Part shown: positions 20,001-29,291 of the stretch, piece after piece
How positions within the stretch are numbered: position 1 is the stretch's first letter
How the letters are laid out: every line of letters begins with the position of its first letter
Virus record (IMG/VR): IMGVR_UViG_3300049893_002454
Coordinates: 61,546-125,545 of that record
Source: a virus
DNA: 64,000 nt
Direction: 5' to 3' (one strand)
Notes under the pieces: generated by a model
Databases searched by the model: none
What the model was told of the DNA's origin: nothing
What the model saw: only the letters and a program-made list of their open reading frames with translations
Position numbers and translations under genes: made by a program

Positions 20001-21921
20001 AGAACGCCTCGTAACTCCAGATGCAGAGTTGGCAGATTTACAAAAAGAGGAAGCTGCGTTTAGGCTAGATACTTCGGTTGATCCTGATTTTAATAATAAG
20101 CGTATTGAACAAAATATGGCCAAGCAGGAGTCTCTACGGCGTTCGTCCGCTAAACTACGAGAGCAGGCTAAGCGGCTTCATGCTGAGATTAGCAAAATTC
20201 GTGATGTATTGAAGGATCCAGAAAAATATGTACGTGGCACAGGCGAATTAGAAAAAGATTTGGAGAAGCAACTAGAGCGACAAGAAGCCAGGCTGTTGCA
20301 TCAGTATAAACTAGAAGATAGTATTAAAAAGCTTAGAGATGATCTCCTATATGCAGACCCATTGCAGCTTAAGAATATCCAGAAAACTATTGCTATCCAA
20401 GAAGCTGAACTTAAATCCGTAATTAAGGAGATTGCAGAGGCAGATGCCAGCATTGACAGGACTACGCGCCAATTAAGTTCCGCCCGCAAAAAACATAGCA
20501 CTGAAAGTGATAAGCCTTCGCCTATTAAGGAGAAGAGTGTACGTGTCTATGAGCCTACCGAGGAAGAGCGTGCTGCTGCTAAGCTACACAGACAGAGGTA
20601 TGAAGCTGCTGTTGATAAATCTGTGGAAGAAAAGGCCAAGCGATATCGCGCTGCAGATGAGGCGGAGAGAAGGACGATAGCTGAGCGGCGCAAATTCGTT
20701 GATCCTAATAAACCGGAGAAGCAACTTCCGTCTACGCGTATGCTTAATGCCGCACGGGCTATGCGCTATGCCTACAAGAAGGCCTTGGAGTTGAATCCTA
20801 AGGCAGCAACTTCGCGTGAAAGCAAAGTCAGAGATGCTCTCTACCGCCAAACTGAGCTAGATAATTATCTTCGCGTGCTAGACGACGAGTATTTAAAACA
20901 GGCTACTGAGCGTGCTTTATCAGAAACAAGTGATATTCAAGAGCAATTTAAATTACGTACAAAATACTTAGATGAGTTGCATAAAGCGCCAGAATATACA
21001 CAGGGCCTTGAAATGTTGCAGCAGGCAATGAATGATCTGGATAATGCTTCGATTATAGATCGTCCGGAGGGAACTGCTGCTCTGGAGTCAGTTGTTGAGC
21101 CACGCGATATGGGTAAAGGTGTCGGGAGAGTGCGTGGAAAGCCGGAGCGTATGTTAGGTGCGAAGGATCCGTACATGTTATTCTTCCGTGCTCAATATGA
21201 GGCCGAAATAGCTTTAATGCGCTATGAAGAAGCAGCTAAGGCCAAGAAGCACTTGGATAAGGTGGCAGCTAAGGCTAGAAAGGATGCTTCTGATGCGGGG
21301 TTGGACGAAAAGCAGATTAATGAGACTGTGGACAGGGAGTACAATGAAATGTTGGGCGGCATTATGGCAGCACAATATGAATCACTCTCTAAATTTGATA
21401 ATATTGTTGATAAATTAAAGGAAAGCACTCAAGGTAAAAAACCAACTGTATTTTTTGATCCTACCAAAGTAGAATCATATCTAAAGGACCTTGCAGACAA
21501 GCAGGCTGCTGCTGTTCATGAAAAGGAATTAGCAAGACGTTTTATTCAGGTACGGGAAATACCATTGCTTACGGCAGGGACATTCGACCCGGATCGCTAT
21601 CCGAAATTACTTGCTGCTGAATTTAGCGATGAGATGCCTCCAATGTCAGAACTGGCACGCCAACAACGTGGTGGCGAAGGGGTATACAAGAAGTTGCGAT
21701 ATGTCCTGCCACATCTATTGTGGGGACAAACTACACCAGGAAAGAAGGGCAAAAAGGGTGAAGGGGCAGCTGATGTACCTGCCGAAGTTGCGGGATTGCA
21801 AGAATCGCCATTTACTGAAGCTGTAAAGAAGCGCTATACGCCAGCCCCAATCAGACCAGGTGGTAAAGGTCAGCGTGGACAAAATGTACCTCAATTCATG
21901 CAATCAAAGAGTCGGAGCTAA
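17074..21921 (+). CDS. giant coiled-coil protein with N-terminal HExxH zinc-peptidase-like motif (1615 aa)
   Basis: GGAG RBS; TLGHEVAHIRGG near N-terminus; long K/E/R/L-rich helical body. Confidence 0.75.
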   Translation: MKYSSIVSDLIRRFSSLDIIIEPEESAVREAVNKLIGSNPKYFEGVKKVVVEHDVPHSPYLGKSTGEGIIYISLDAIRNQLKSQGEEHNQQAFIHELVKTLGHEVAHIRGGMEHTEGPSEVEEQVLEQKFPMPALKREAADLTDKQRRAIVLQKEIAALQGQLNQIQTVWKQLTKPGIKVDPAREVHFKAEQDRINNEITARRSEIESLEKLEQAVTKETISDEKAAPKSPAVTNVNDLARYGPLFKDLAASLGSALSGLVKLYQLLNGAPDFVKGEGKILPRMKEVISSTDALYKKMSSRIQAHTDAPHLLKELALEILFEETSESLLDTGDFLTSEQDFITPLTNQGVESDFYKNAIAPLVNEILASITRAAAVVGSEHKSILQIPELSTSKLPSAQKNIGKPQRETKSHGERTLSTIREDYLNEFSGLTDKLEGARRLWKNTADQSKLAPLLTRKDQLEAELQIAKQELSDAFADVTALSGTPRTKEQAAKQRASSERYQMAKRRVKDAEDELSALKTKISSLYDTSAVNADDLIAAIAPYSNVASVEARLKTVSEKLEQFKLLDEYKRQLTERREELLSKSKELGEGNPDVKALTALVEVSLPKQIAEIEGDLGASSSPKSREKDPNEKRIRDDIKANTKLLNSPLVRSIFDKLMPDMASGGDLRTQKKNLERKIKVRTQDVAPETDYDELKGVLPADVEISTWQSQIADVDRDIKYRKRTEIIDYIGRLGQALSAIVQRAAGKSDVAIPTDILGKSLRLGKYIGADGNAKIIRDLESVVNANMKAVGPIEAELGKLRDELANIKRSPKKDEVKAERLKAKYKYLSEQPAFKKLRSDISSTIERLVQHTSPIVTEEVSQPKIVTEREDAPDISDKLRRRREKEERNIAKEFGWKTELPSQEESTKFPEYDERSKAVSRQWEAPEPLGKSTLTNAIKQDIERGLIDPTKIPSDVRKQLLTQLHATSGELRSIKERLVTPDAELADLQKEEAAFRLDTSVDPDFNNKRIEQNMAKQESLRRSSAKLREQAKRLHAEISKIRDVLKDPEKYVRGTGELEKDLEKQLERQEARLLHQYKLEDSIKKLRDDLLYADPLQLKNIQKTIAIQEAELKSVIKEIAEADASIDRTTRQLSSARKKHSTESDKPSPIKEKSVRVYEPTEEERAAAKLHRQRYEAAVDKSVEEKAKRYRAADEAERRTIAERRKFVDPNKPEKQLPSTRMLNAARAMRYAYKKALELNPKAATSRESKVRDALYRQTELDNYLRVLDDEYLKQATERALSETSDIQEQFKLRTKYLDELHKAPEYTQGLEMLQQAMNDLDNASIIDRPEGTAALESVVEPRDMGKGVGRVRGKPERMLGAKDPYMLFFRAQYEAEIALMRYEEAAKAKKHLDKVAAKARKDASDAGLDEKQINETVDREYNEMLGGIMAAQYESLSKFDNIVDKLKESTQGKKPTVFFDPTKVESYLKDLADKQAAAVHEKELARRFIQVREIPLLTAGTFDPDRYPKLLAAEFSDEMPPMSELARQQRGGEGVYKKLRYVLPHLLWGQTTPGKKGKKGEGAADVPAEVAGLQESPFTEAVKKRYTPAPIRPGGKGQRGQNVPQFMQSKSRS

Positions 21922-21923
21922 TA

Positions 21924-22439
21924 ATGCTTAAATTATCAAGAAAATACAATGATGCATTAGACGAGTTATTTGATATTGCTGTTCGCGCTGCTGCCAAGAG
22001 GCTTATACATTCGGCAAAGCACGGTGATAAAGCAAAGTGTCAGTGTGATCATAGCAAGGAGATTGATGAGTTGGCTAAACAATTCATTGAGGATACAATG
22101 TATATAGATGATGGTAGATTTGGTCTATCTGAACCATTAGCAAAAGCTGCTGCTGGAGGTCAAAGGTATTCTGATCCATTGAATCCAAAGGATACTGCAG
22201 TAACTCTAGTTAGGCTAATACATCATTTAATGCAGCGTTCAAAAATACATAATAGACCAAAATTTATACAGAATATACGCGAACATCTTACAGAATTAAA
22301 TCCTTATATGCTGTCTAAAAAACGCAATAATCCTTCTGCAGCAATCGGTGCTGCAATGAATATTATGAAAAATGTATTACAGTCGCAGCCACCTACAGTT
22401 ATTGGGGCAATTCTTGGACAATTATATAGGATGCTATGA
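21924..22439 (+). CDS. hypothetical protein
   Basis: GGAG RBS; 171-aa ORF. Confidence 0.7.
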   Translation: MLKLSRKYNDALDELFDIAVRAAAKRLIHSAKHGDKAKCQCDHSKEIDELAKQFIEDTMYIDDGRFGLSEPLAKAAAGGQRYSDPLNPKDTAVTLVRLIHHLMQRSKIHNRPKFIQNIREHLTELNPYMLSKKRNNPSAAIGAAMNIMKNVLQSQPPTVIGAILGQLYRML

Positions 22440-23209
22440 TTAAGATATCTAATACTGGTATGGAGGATAGCGGCGTCTCAGATGTTGCCACTGGTCGCAG
22501 AATATACGTCACTGTTACTGCACGAAAGAAGTTCCGTGAAGCAAATCCTCAGTTTACCAAAGTAAGAAATGCATTACTCAATACTGCTATGGCAAATGAT
22601 TTTTCTAAAGCCAAGGTACAGCCAAAATTTTTTAAAGTACGCAAAGATCCGCATGCGAGGGGGCAAGTTCGCACTGGTGCTGGCGGAGAGTATATTGCGA
22701 TTATTGATTCAAATAGCATCAAGATTGTAGGATTTGGTAGGGCTGGAGTACCAAGGCTAACTGGCCTAGTTGCTCCGCAGGTACGAACTCCGGCTTCAGT
22801 GTCATTTGGAGATACCCCCTCTCCAGTGTCATTTGGAGATACCCCCTCTCCAGTGTCATTTGGTAAAACTCCGGCGCCCGTGGCACTTTCAAATACAGAA
22901 TTTTCATATTTCTTAATTAAGCACTCTTTTGATAATCTATGTGCAACTAACAATTTACACGAGGAGCGCCTGCATACAGTAGTCGATCTTTTATCTGAAA
23001 ATACTGGATTGCCTATAGATGAGATTTTACGTAAATTAGAGACGGTCGAAGATCCGTCGACGTTGTATGAACTATGTTCAAATGATCAGGCAGATTATCT
23101 TAAAATACCTGAAGATAAAAATTCATATATAACTGACCCAGTATATAGCACACAATCCTCACTGCCATCATCGGCATTGGCCATACAAACTAGCATTTCA
23201 AATCGCTAA
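22436..23209 (+). CDS. hypothetical protein with VSFGDTPSP repeats
   Basis: ATGA overlap; AGGA RBS. Confidence 0.7.
   Translation: MIKISNTGMEDSGVSDVATGRRIYVTVTARKKFREANPQFTKVRNALLNTAMANDFSKAKVQPKFFKVRKDPHARGQVRTGAGGEYIAIIDSNSIKIVGFGRAGVPRLTGLVAPQVRTPASVSFGDTPSPVSFGDTPSPVSFGKTPAPVALSNTEFSYFLIKHSFDNLCATNNLHEERLHTVVDLLSENTGLPIDEILRKLETVEDPSTLYELCSNDQADYLKIPEDKNSYITDPVYSTQSSLPSSALAIQTSISNR
22797..22863 (+). repeat. 27-bp tandem repeat, about 2.5 copies, in frame
   Basis: Unit CAGTGTCATTTGGAGATACCCCCTCTC at 22797 and 22824, partial at 22851. Confidence 0.95.
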
Positions 23210-23221
23210 TTCTATTAATAG

Positions 23222-23797
23222 ATGACCACACCAATATTAGTAGGAATGTCGGAGCTATCATTGAAGATTGCAATCCCAATTTACTCCATTAAAATTAGTC
23301 CTGCTGAAATGGAGCAGTCGAAGAAAGTCAGGGCGCTGCTCAAAGATGTAGTTCTAAAATTAGACCAACTCACTGACTCACTAAAGATATTCTCATCCAT
23401 TATTAGTGAACTTAGGGATGTTTCTGATATAAATCAGGTGCGACGAGAGCTAGTGTCATATAAACATAAAATTCAAGGTGATACCAATGATCTGTTAACC
23501 CTAGTAGAAGGATCACTAACAGAGTGGAATAAAATGATTTCAGATAGTAACTTTGATTCTATCAAACGAGCTTATATTGAAGAGATTCGTAAACTACGAG
23601 AGGATATTGGCAAGTTACTTGAAAGACTTAGAAGACCAACAGAACCATCATTTTTACAGGATACCCCGCAAGATGTAAATAATATTATAGCCGCTAGATT
23701 GGCCATAAATGAAATTATCTCTGCGCAATTATTTCAAAAAATAGATCGTGACATTTTAGGTCGTATAAAGATAGGAACAAAGATAGTGAATTTATAG
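23222..23797 (+). CDS. helical hypothetical protein
   Basis: 191-aa ORF, amphipathic helices. Confidence 0.7.
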   Translation: MTTPILVGMSELSLKIAIPIYSIKISPAEMEQSKKVRALLKDVVLKLDQLTDSLKIFSSIISELRDVSDINQVRRELVSYKHKIQGDTNDLLTLVEGSLTEWNKMISDSNFDSIKRAYIEEIRKLREDIGKLLERLRRPTEPSFLQDTPQDVNNIIAARLAINEIISAQLFQKIDRDILGRIKIGTKIVNL

Positions 23798-23804
23798 GTG
23801 TATT

Positions 23805-23969
23805 ATGGGATTTATTAAATACTCTGTATTAGAATTAGGGGTCGAAGAGACCCTTCCAGGTTGGATTAAGCAGTCCAGTAAAGCAGAATCTGAAGTGAAG
23901 GACGATGACCTCGAGACTGCTAATAAAAGTTTAGATGATGATAGTGAAGAAAATCAAACCAAGGAATAG
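23805..23969 (+). CDS. 54-aa acidic microprotein (not in ORF track)
   Basis: AGGTG RBS; MGFIKYSVLELGVEETLPGWIKQSSKAESEVKDDDL...; fills the gap before the protease gene. Confidence 0.55.
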   Translation: MGFIKYSVLELGVEETLPGWIKQSSKAESEVKDDDLETANKSLDDDSEENQTKE

Positions 23970-23971
23970 TG

Positions 23972-26900
23972 ATGGCTATTAAAAAGATTGCGTTTAGTGA
24001 TCAACTACATATATCAAATATAGTTTCTTCAGATGTTGTAGAGGCAGAAGCCGATATTGTAAACCGATTTAAGGAAATTGTTGCGTCCTTGCGAGATGAG
24101 CAAGAGCGTATCAAGGTCGGTACCAAGATTGCACCTAAAGTAGAAGACTTTATCTACTGTCATGCTATACAGATGCATGCTGCTGAAGCAAATCTTGTTG
24201 GTGAGGACAGCGGTGAGTTTAGGAAGAATTCCCGTGGTGAGCCAGTACGAGGACATTTTGAATCAGTAAAGGATGGGCGTGGTTCAGATTCGGTAAAGTG
24301 GGTTAGTCCGGATGGAATCCAGCTCTATAAGAATGCTAATGGCGATATTTTCCCAGAAGAAGATCTTATTAAATCGCATAAAGAATGGGTAGGTAAGCCT
24401 CTATGCAAAGATCATATAAGCAGCAGCGTAGATGGAATTCGCGGTATTATAGTTGATACTTTTTATGATAACCGCTTCAAACGTGTCCATGCATTATTTG
24501 CTTTAGATAAGAAGAACTATCCTGAACTTGCTCGTAAAGTTGAAGCCAATTATGCAGTTAATGTCTCGATGGGCACAGCAGTAGGCAGATCTATTTGTAC
24601 CGAATGTGCAAATGTAGCGACCACAGAGTCTGAATATTGTCATCATGTCAAATCAAAATCTAATTATGGTGAAATAAATAAGGATCTCAAGCCCATAGAG
24701 CTTAGCTTAGTGGTTGTGGGTGCTGACCCGCGTGCGAAAGTGCGTACTGTACTAGCTAGCTTTAATAATTATTTTATGCAAAAGGCGGCGGCTCTTGCTG
24801 ATTCTTTAGAAGAAAGCGTAGAACCGACATCAATATCAAAAAATCTTAGTGTATCCGAAGTTATAGATTTACTTGGAGCACTGAACCAAGAAAGTGAAAA
24901 ATATGCCGAGGTCATGCGTCATATTTCCACTATGAAAAATCATGAGCTGCGGGAGCTCGTGCTTAAATTGAAGTCAATGAAAGATCCTACATTAACAACT
25001 GTCAAAGATACTATTGGAGAGTTGTTAGCTGAACGATACATGGCTTCTCCCCCTCCCGCGCTTGATATTAATAATGCAGGACGCCCAACAGGTACGGCCA
25101 CTCAGCCTGATTTAGGATCTGCAGCAGCAACCGGACATGACTTAGCCGGGACAAGCTTAAATACTGAGATAGGTGAGGATCCTATTTCTATGGTAGATAA
25201 GGTCGTAGGAGTTTCACGAACTCTTCCAGATCCTAATAGTGGTATAGCAACGGCATCGGCTATTTTATCAAATTTTACTGATAGTTCTGACACCGATGTC
25301 AATAACAATTCTTTGCACAATAGATTTGCAATGTTGCAGAAGAAGGAGATTCCAATGAATTTTGCAGAGTTACGTAAGCGTGCAGAAGCGCGCAAACAAG
25401 CGTATCACCAGGGCACAGAAGACCCAGCGAAGGCACTTCCGTACGATAAAATGGGTGACGCAGATAAGATCCGAGACACACAGGATAAACAGATGGTTGG
25501 TGATGAGCTTGATACCTCATCCGACATTCCCGCCGAAGATGCTAAGAAGAAGGATATTCTTCAGCGCGCTTCACTTGAAGAGCGTCGAGCTAAGCGAGCT
25601 AAGCTCCTTGAGGCACTTACCAAGCAGGCCGATTCAGCTAAGCCTGGCAATGTAGAGGAGAAGACTGACTCTCTCGGTCGTAAGGTTATGGTCGCCACTA
25701 AACCAGATGGCTCAAAAGAGGTATTGAAGGCTGATGATGAAGCCGGCACTGTTGAGAAGAAGGCTTTCTGGCAAGGAACAGAAGAGCCTACCCCTGGCAA
25801 GACCAGATATCCTCTGATGGGTGAATCACATGATAGCATGCGTGCCAAAGACAAGCAAATGAATGGCGTTGTCGAGACTGGTGCAGATGGCCTTTTCCCT
25901 GGAGATGAGCAGCTGAAGAAATCACTGCAACGCTCAGCGTCCATCAAGGCACGTCTTACAAAGAGCGCTACGCCAGGAAAGAGCACGTGGAAATTTTTTG
26001 CAGGTAATGATGAGATTCTTACTGTAAAGGCTTCTTCGGCATATGAAGTTGGCTTAGATGAGCCCGTACAAAATACAGCCCATCTCTCGCAAGACGGCAA
26101 TGACCTTGTAGCTGATGACTTTTTCAAAACTGATGTTTATGCAAAGGAAGTTATGAAGCTCATCCGTTCTGCTGGTCTTGAGAAAGCAGCAGAGACTTTA
26201 GGTGGTGAGTTACCTCCTCCGCCAGCTGCCCCGCAAGCAGCGCCAGCACCAGCAGTGCAGGAATCGCCTGCTGATGCTGCTGGGGAGCAGGAGAAAGATG
26301 CTAATGATAAGATCGTAGAGGCACTCGCCTCGATCGAATCCGCTGTTGAAGAAATTCGCAATGCAGCTAATATTGAGGATCTGAAGCAGGTAGATGTTTC
26401 ATCTGAAGGCGCTGCGGTTACAGCATCATTCCGTACTCAGCTATTTAAAGTACAGGCGGAGCTAGCATCGGCAGCTGACGAACTAGCTACTTTATCAGAA
26501 TCTGCTGTATCAAGCGCAATCGTTGACGAGGCTGTGTCTGACGCATTTACAGTTGCTACTGCAGCCGCCGATTTGCTAGATAAGTTTGCTGCAAAGAAAA
26601 AGAAGAAAAAAGATGATGTCAAGAAGATGAAGAAGGTAAAGAAGCTTTTTGATAATAAGAAGCTTAAGAAGAAGGATGAAGATGAGGATGAAGATGAGGA
26701 ATTGGAGAAGAGGGCAAGCGCTACACTTGCTGAGCTTCTGGCTGCCAGAGCAGCTCGTCGCGAGGCATTAGTAGCTAGAGCCGCTGATGACGGCAGTGAG
26801 TGGGAAGAGGTTACACGTCCAGAAATCCCATCATTACTAATGCAGCCTGATACTGAAGTTGATACCATTCCTGAACAAACAGAGGTTGATACTACTGCAT

Positions 26901-27805
26901 TAGACGATGGTCTCGATGCTGCCGAAGAGTTAAGTGAAGCCCTGGAGGCATGGGACGCTGAAGACGCTGCATTATCCGCTAAGGATAAGGGAGATGTTGA
27001 AGGTCCGCTTAGCAAAGAAGAGGAAGATGAAGTTGCTGAGATAGCCGACGAAGAGGTTGATGAGCACGAAAAGGAGATGCATGCTGATGATGGCCTCTTA
27101 GATCGCAAGGCCTGGAGAGCGTCTCTTCTAAAGAAGATTGCTGGCGAATGGCAGTCTACGTATTCAGAAGCTCGCAAAGGTGCCGGTCCAGAAGTTAGCG
27201 TTGATGCTAATGTATCAAATAAGCTTAACAAGGTCGAGACTCTGGCCGAGGTTAAGGATGCTATGGAAGATGTAGCTCGTTCTGAGCCGCGTAATGTACG
27301 CATGGCTGCTGAGACCCTTGATCGAATGATTCGTGCCGGGGCCGTTAAAGCAGCTCAACTCAATGAACTTGTTGCTAAGGGGGCTGTAGATGCTGAAGCC
27401 GCCAAATACTGGAAGGAGTATTTTGGTCAGACTGATGGTGGTAGCGAATTCGCTGCTGGCTTAACACAGGAATTCAAGCAGGCTAAGGCCAGCCTTGACG
27501 TTAAGGCATCAGTGGAAGAGCAAGAGGCTAAACTTATGCGCGCTTACAATCTTGCTCTTGAGGCTCAGGAACGCGGCCTTATCCCAAGGTCACGCACTGA
27601 ATTACATCGCTTTGCTTCTAATATGGTTAAGTTGCCAACTGAGCAATTTGAAGCAATGAAGAATATGATTGGCCAGGCACGCAAGGTAGATGAGCACGTT
27701 AAGACTGCCGCTCCGGTAGTTGGACTTAACTACGATCGTGCGCCAGCAGTAGCTCAACAGCCAGATGATATTTCAGTAGAGGGCTTGACTAAGCTCTTCT
27801 TCTGA
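23972..27805 (+). CDS. prohead (capsid maturation) protease fused to scaffold-like domain
   Basis: NANGDIF, KPLCKDH, VSMGT and ELSLVVVGADPRA resemble HK97/assemblin-type protease motifs; long acidic/coiled-coil C-terminus; lies between portal and capsid genes. Confidence 0.8.
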   Translation: MAIKKIAFSDQLHISNIVSSDVVEAEADIVNRFKEIVASLRDEQERIKVGTKIAPKVEDFIYCHAIQMHAAEANLVGEDSGEFRKNSRGEPVRGHFESVKDGRGSDSVKWVSPDGIQLYKNANGDIFPEEDLIKSHKEWVGKPLCKDHISSSVDGIRGIIVDTFYDNRFKRVHALFALDKKNYPELARKVEANYAVNVSMGTAVGRSICTECANVATTESEYCHHVKSKSNYGEINKDLKPIELSLVVVGADPRAKVRTVLASFNNYFMQKAAALADSLEESVEPTSISKNLSVSEVIDLLGALNQESEKYAEVMRHISTMKNHELRELVLKLKSMKDPTLTTVKDTIGELLAERYMASPPPALDINNAGRPTGTATQPDLGSAAATGHDLAGTSLNTEIGEDPISMVDKVVGVSRTLPDPNSGIATASAILSNFTDSSDTDVNNNSLHNRFAMLQKKEIPMNFAELRKRAEARKQAYHQGTEDPAKALPYDKMGDADKIRDTQDKQMVGDELDTSSDIPAEDAKKKDILQRASLEERRAKRAKLLEALTKQADSAKPGNVEEKTDSLGRKVMVATKPDGSKEVLKADDEAGTVEKKAFWQGTEEPTPGKTRYPLMGESHDSMRAKDKQMNGVVETGADGLFPGDEQLKKSLQRSASIKARLTKSATPGKSTWKFFAGNDEILTVKASSAYEVGLDEPVQNTAHLSQDGNDLVADDFFKTDVYAKEVMKLIRSAGLEKAAETLGGELPPPPAAPQAAPAPAVQESPADAAGEQEKDANDKIVEALASIESAVEEIRNAANIEDLKQVDVSSEGAAVTASFRTQLFKVQAELASAADELATLSESAVSSAIVDEAVSDAFTVATAAADLLDKFAAKKKKKKDDVKKMKKVKKLFDNKKLKKKDEDEDEDEELEKRASATLAELLAARAARREALVARAADDGSEWEEVTRPEIPSLLMQPDTEVDTIPEQTEVDTTALDDGLDAAEELSEALEAWDAEDAALSAKDKGDVEGPLSKEEEDEVAEIADEEVDEHEKEMHADDGLLDRKAWRASLLKKIAGEWQSTYSEARKGAGPEVSVDANVSNKLNKVETLAEVKDAMEDVARSEPRNVRMAAETLDRMIRAGAVKAAQLNELVAKGAVDAEAAKYWKEYFGQTDGGSEFAAGLTQEFKQAKASLDVKASVEEQEAKLMRAYNLALEAQERGLIPRSRTELHRFASNMVKLPTEQFEAMKNMIGQARKVDEHVKTAAPVVGLNYDRAPAVAQQPDDISVEGLTKLFF

Positions 27806-27813
27806 GTCACTTA

Positions 27814-27844
27814 GCGGGAGCCCGGCCATAAACTGGGCTCCCGC
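27814..27844 (+). terminator. strong GC hairpin after protease-scaffold gene (no U-tract)
   Basis: GCGGGAGCCCGG-CCATAAA-CTGGGCTCCCGC, 12-bp stem. Confidence 0.55.
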
Positions 27845-27910
27845 AGAGATTAATTATGTTCAATAGTCTGCACTTAGAAATTCTAGAACTTGAATTGCTA
27901 GGATTAACAG

Positions 27911-28291
27911 ATGAAGAGATCATGGGATATATTGCCTTCTTCTATTATGACAAAAACTTCATCTCAACAGTATGAAATTTTTCGCAGATCCCAACAAGAT
28001 CTTCCGGCAATTATCAACCAATTTTTCCTTAAATACCCTCCATCAGGAAATATAACTAAGACCACTAATGGCCCTATAGAAAAATATATGTGGACCACGA
28101 AGGATGGGTCAAGAGCGATCCTGGCTACTTCTAAAAATGGGACTAAGGTTATAAATTTTATATTAGATCAACAGAATGACTTTATTGACAAGTCCTTAGT
28201 CATGAAGTTAGTTTCTGTTGGTGGTAAAAATAAAGATATAGACATTAGAGGGGTATTTGCTAACTTATTGACTGAGGTGTTAGATGCTTAG
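27911..28291 (+). CDS. hypothetical protein
   Basis: 126-aa ORF; start uncertain. Confidence 0.5.
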   Translation: MKRSWDILPSSIMTKTSSQQYEIFRRSQQDLPAIINQFFLKYPPSGNITKTTNGPIEKYMWTTKDGSRAILATSKNGTKVINFILDQQNDFIDKSLVMKLVSVGGKNKDIDIRGVFANLLTEVLDA

Positions 28292-28973
28292 AGTTATACA
28301 ATACTCTGGCAATGCTAGAGGTATTTCTTATCCGGTGCATCCAAATGATACATTTGAGCCTGGAATGATTGCACAATTTAAAGTGATAAATAACGATATA
28401 GTTCTGGGGGTCTCTGATGGACGAGCTCCATTTGGAATTATAGATGATATCCGAACTACGGCCTTTTCTGCTCCTGTCAATGATGAGCTGGTTGTCATTC
28501 CCGGTGTACCCGTATTTGACGGATATAAATGGGTTAATGGAATGGATACCTCTAAGGAACTATATAATGCTAATATAATTAGTTCCTCATTCGTAGCAGA
28601 TTATCCCGGCTTAAAGCTCAATCCAATTAATGGCATACTGAGAGCGCCTGCTGGTATAGAATTAAATTACTCCATTGATGGCTCCCCTACACCAAATGCC
28701 GTGCGTACGCGAGTCAAGTATGTGTATCACGTACCTAATATTGCTGGAGAAGATAGCACTATTGGTTCTGGAAGGGTGTCGGTGTGGTGGTCGCGTGGTA
28801 TATTTCAAACTGATCAGTATGAAATGACTGCATATAGTGTTAATGCCACCTTATTTGTTAGCTCACGCGGAAAGTTGACCACTGAACAAACTATGCCAGA
28901 GCAGCCAGGCGTGGGAATGTGCATTGTGCCACCTAGCGCACACAATCAATTTTTAGAATTTATTTGGCTGTGA
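28284..28973 (+). CDS. capsid decoration/cement-like protein, paralog 1
   Basis: GAGGTG RBS; GSGRVSVW..RG..Q...Y....LFVS..GKLTT shared with 34961 and 52744. Confidence 0.55.
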   Translation: MLRVIQYSGNARGISYPVHPNDTFEPGMIAQFKVINNDIVLGVSDGRAPFGIIDDIRTTAFSAPVNDELVVIPGVPVFDGYKWVNGMDTSKELYNANIISSSFVADYPGLKLNPINGILRAPAGIELNYSIDGSPTPNAVRTRVKYVYHVPNIAGEDSTIGSGRVSVWWSRGIFQTDQYEMTAYSVNATLFVSSRGKLTTEQTMPEQPGVGMCIVPPSAHNQFLEFIWL

Positions 28974-28980
28974 GGAAAAT

Positions 28981-29283
28981 ATGATTTTTGATCATGAGAA
29001 CGGTAATTGGAAGAATAGCGAGATTGCTCGTACAACATTAGAAATCTTGGCCAGCCAGACAGCTGATCATGTAGACGAGCCTAGTCAGGATACGCCTGAG
29101 GTGGTCGATGAAGAGCGCTTAGTGGCAGAGGCGCGTATTGAATTAGAATCAAATACCCGCATTGGCGCTAGTCATCTAATAATTAATGAACTGAATAGAA
29201 TTGCTGAGCTTATAGGCGATAATCCGCGTGCAGCTCTAGAAATTGAATTAGCGATAGATGATATAAAACATCTTTTAAAGTAG
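28981..29283 (+). CDS. putative internal head protein
   Basis: GAGGA RBS; C-terminal hairpin-like motif. Confidence 0.65.
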   Translation: MIFDHENGNWKNSEIARTTLEILASQTADHVDEPSQDTPEVVDEERLVAEARIELESNTRIGASHLIINELNRIAELIGDNPRAALEIELAIDDIKHLLK

Positions 29284-29291
29284 GAGCTATT

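Noticed and set aside
17074-21921. Tape measure protein
   Set aside because: Highly charged, lacks the Ala/Gly-rich and aromatic periodic pattern, and no tail tube or chaperone genes are adjacent
27856-27975. 39-aa ORF MFNSLHLEILELELLGLTDEEIMGYIAFFYYDKNFISTV
   Set aside because: Weak RBS and overlaps 27911..28291 in another frame; cannot decide which is real
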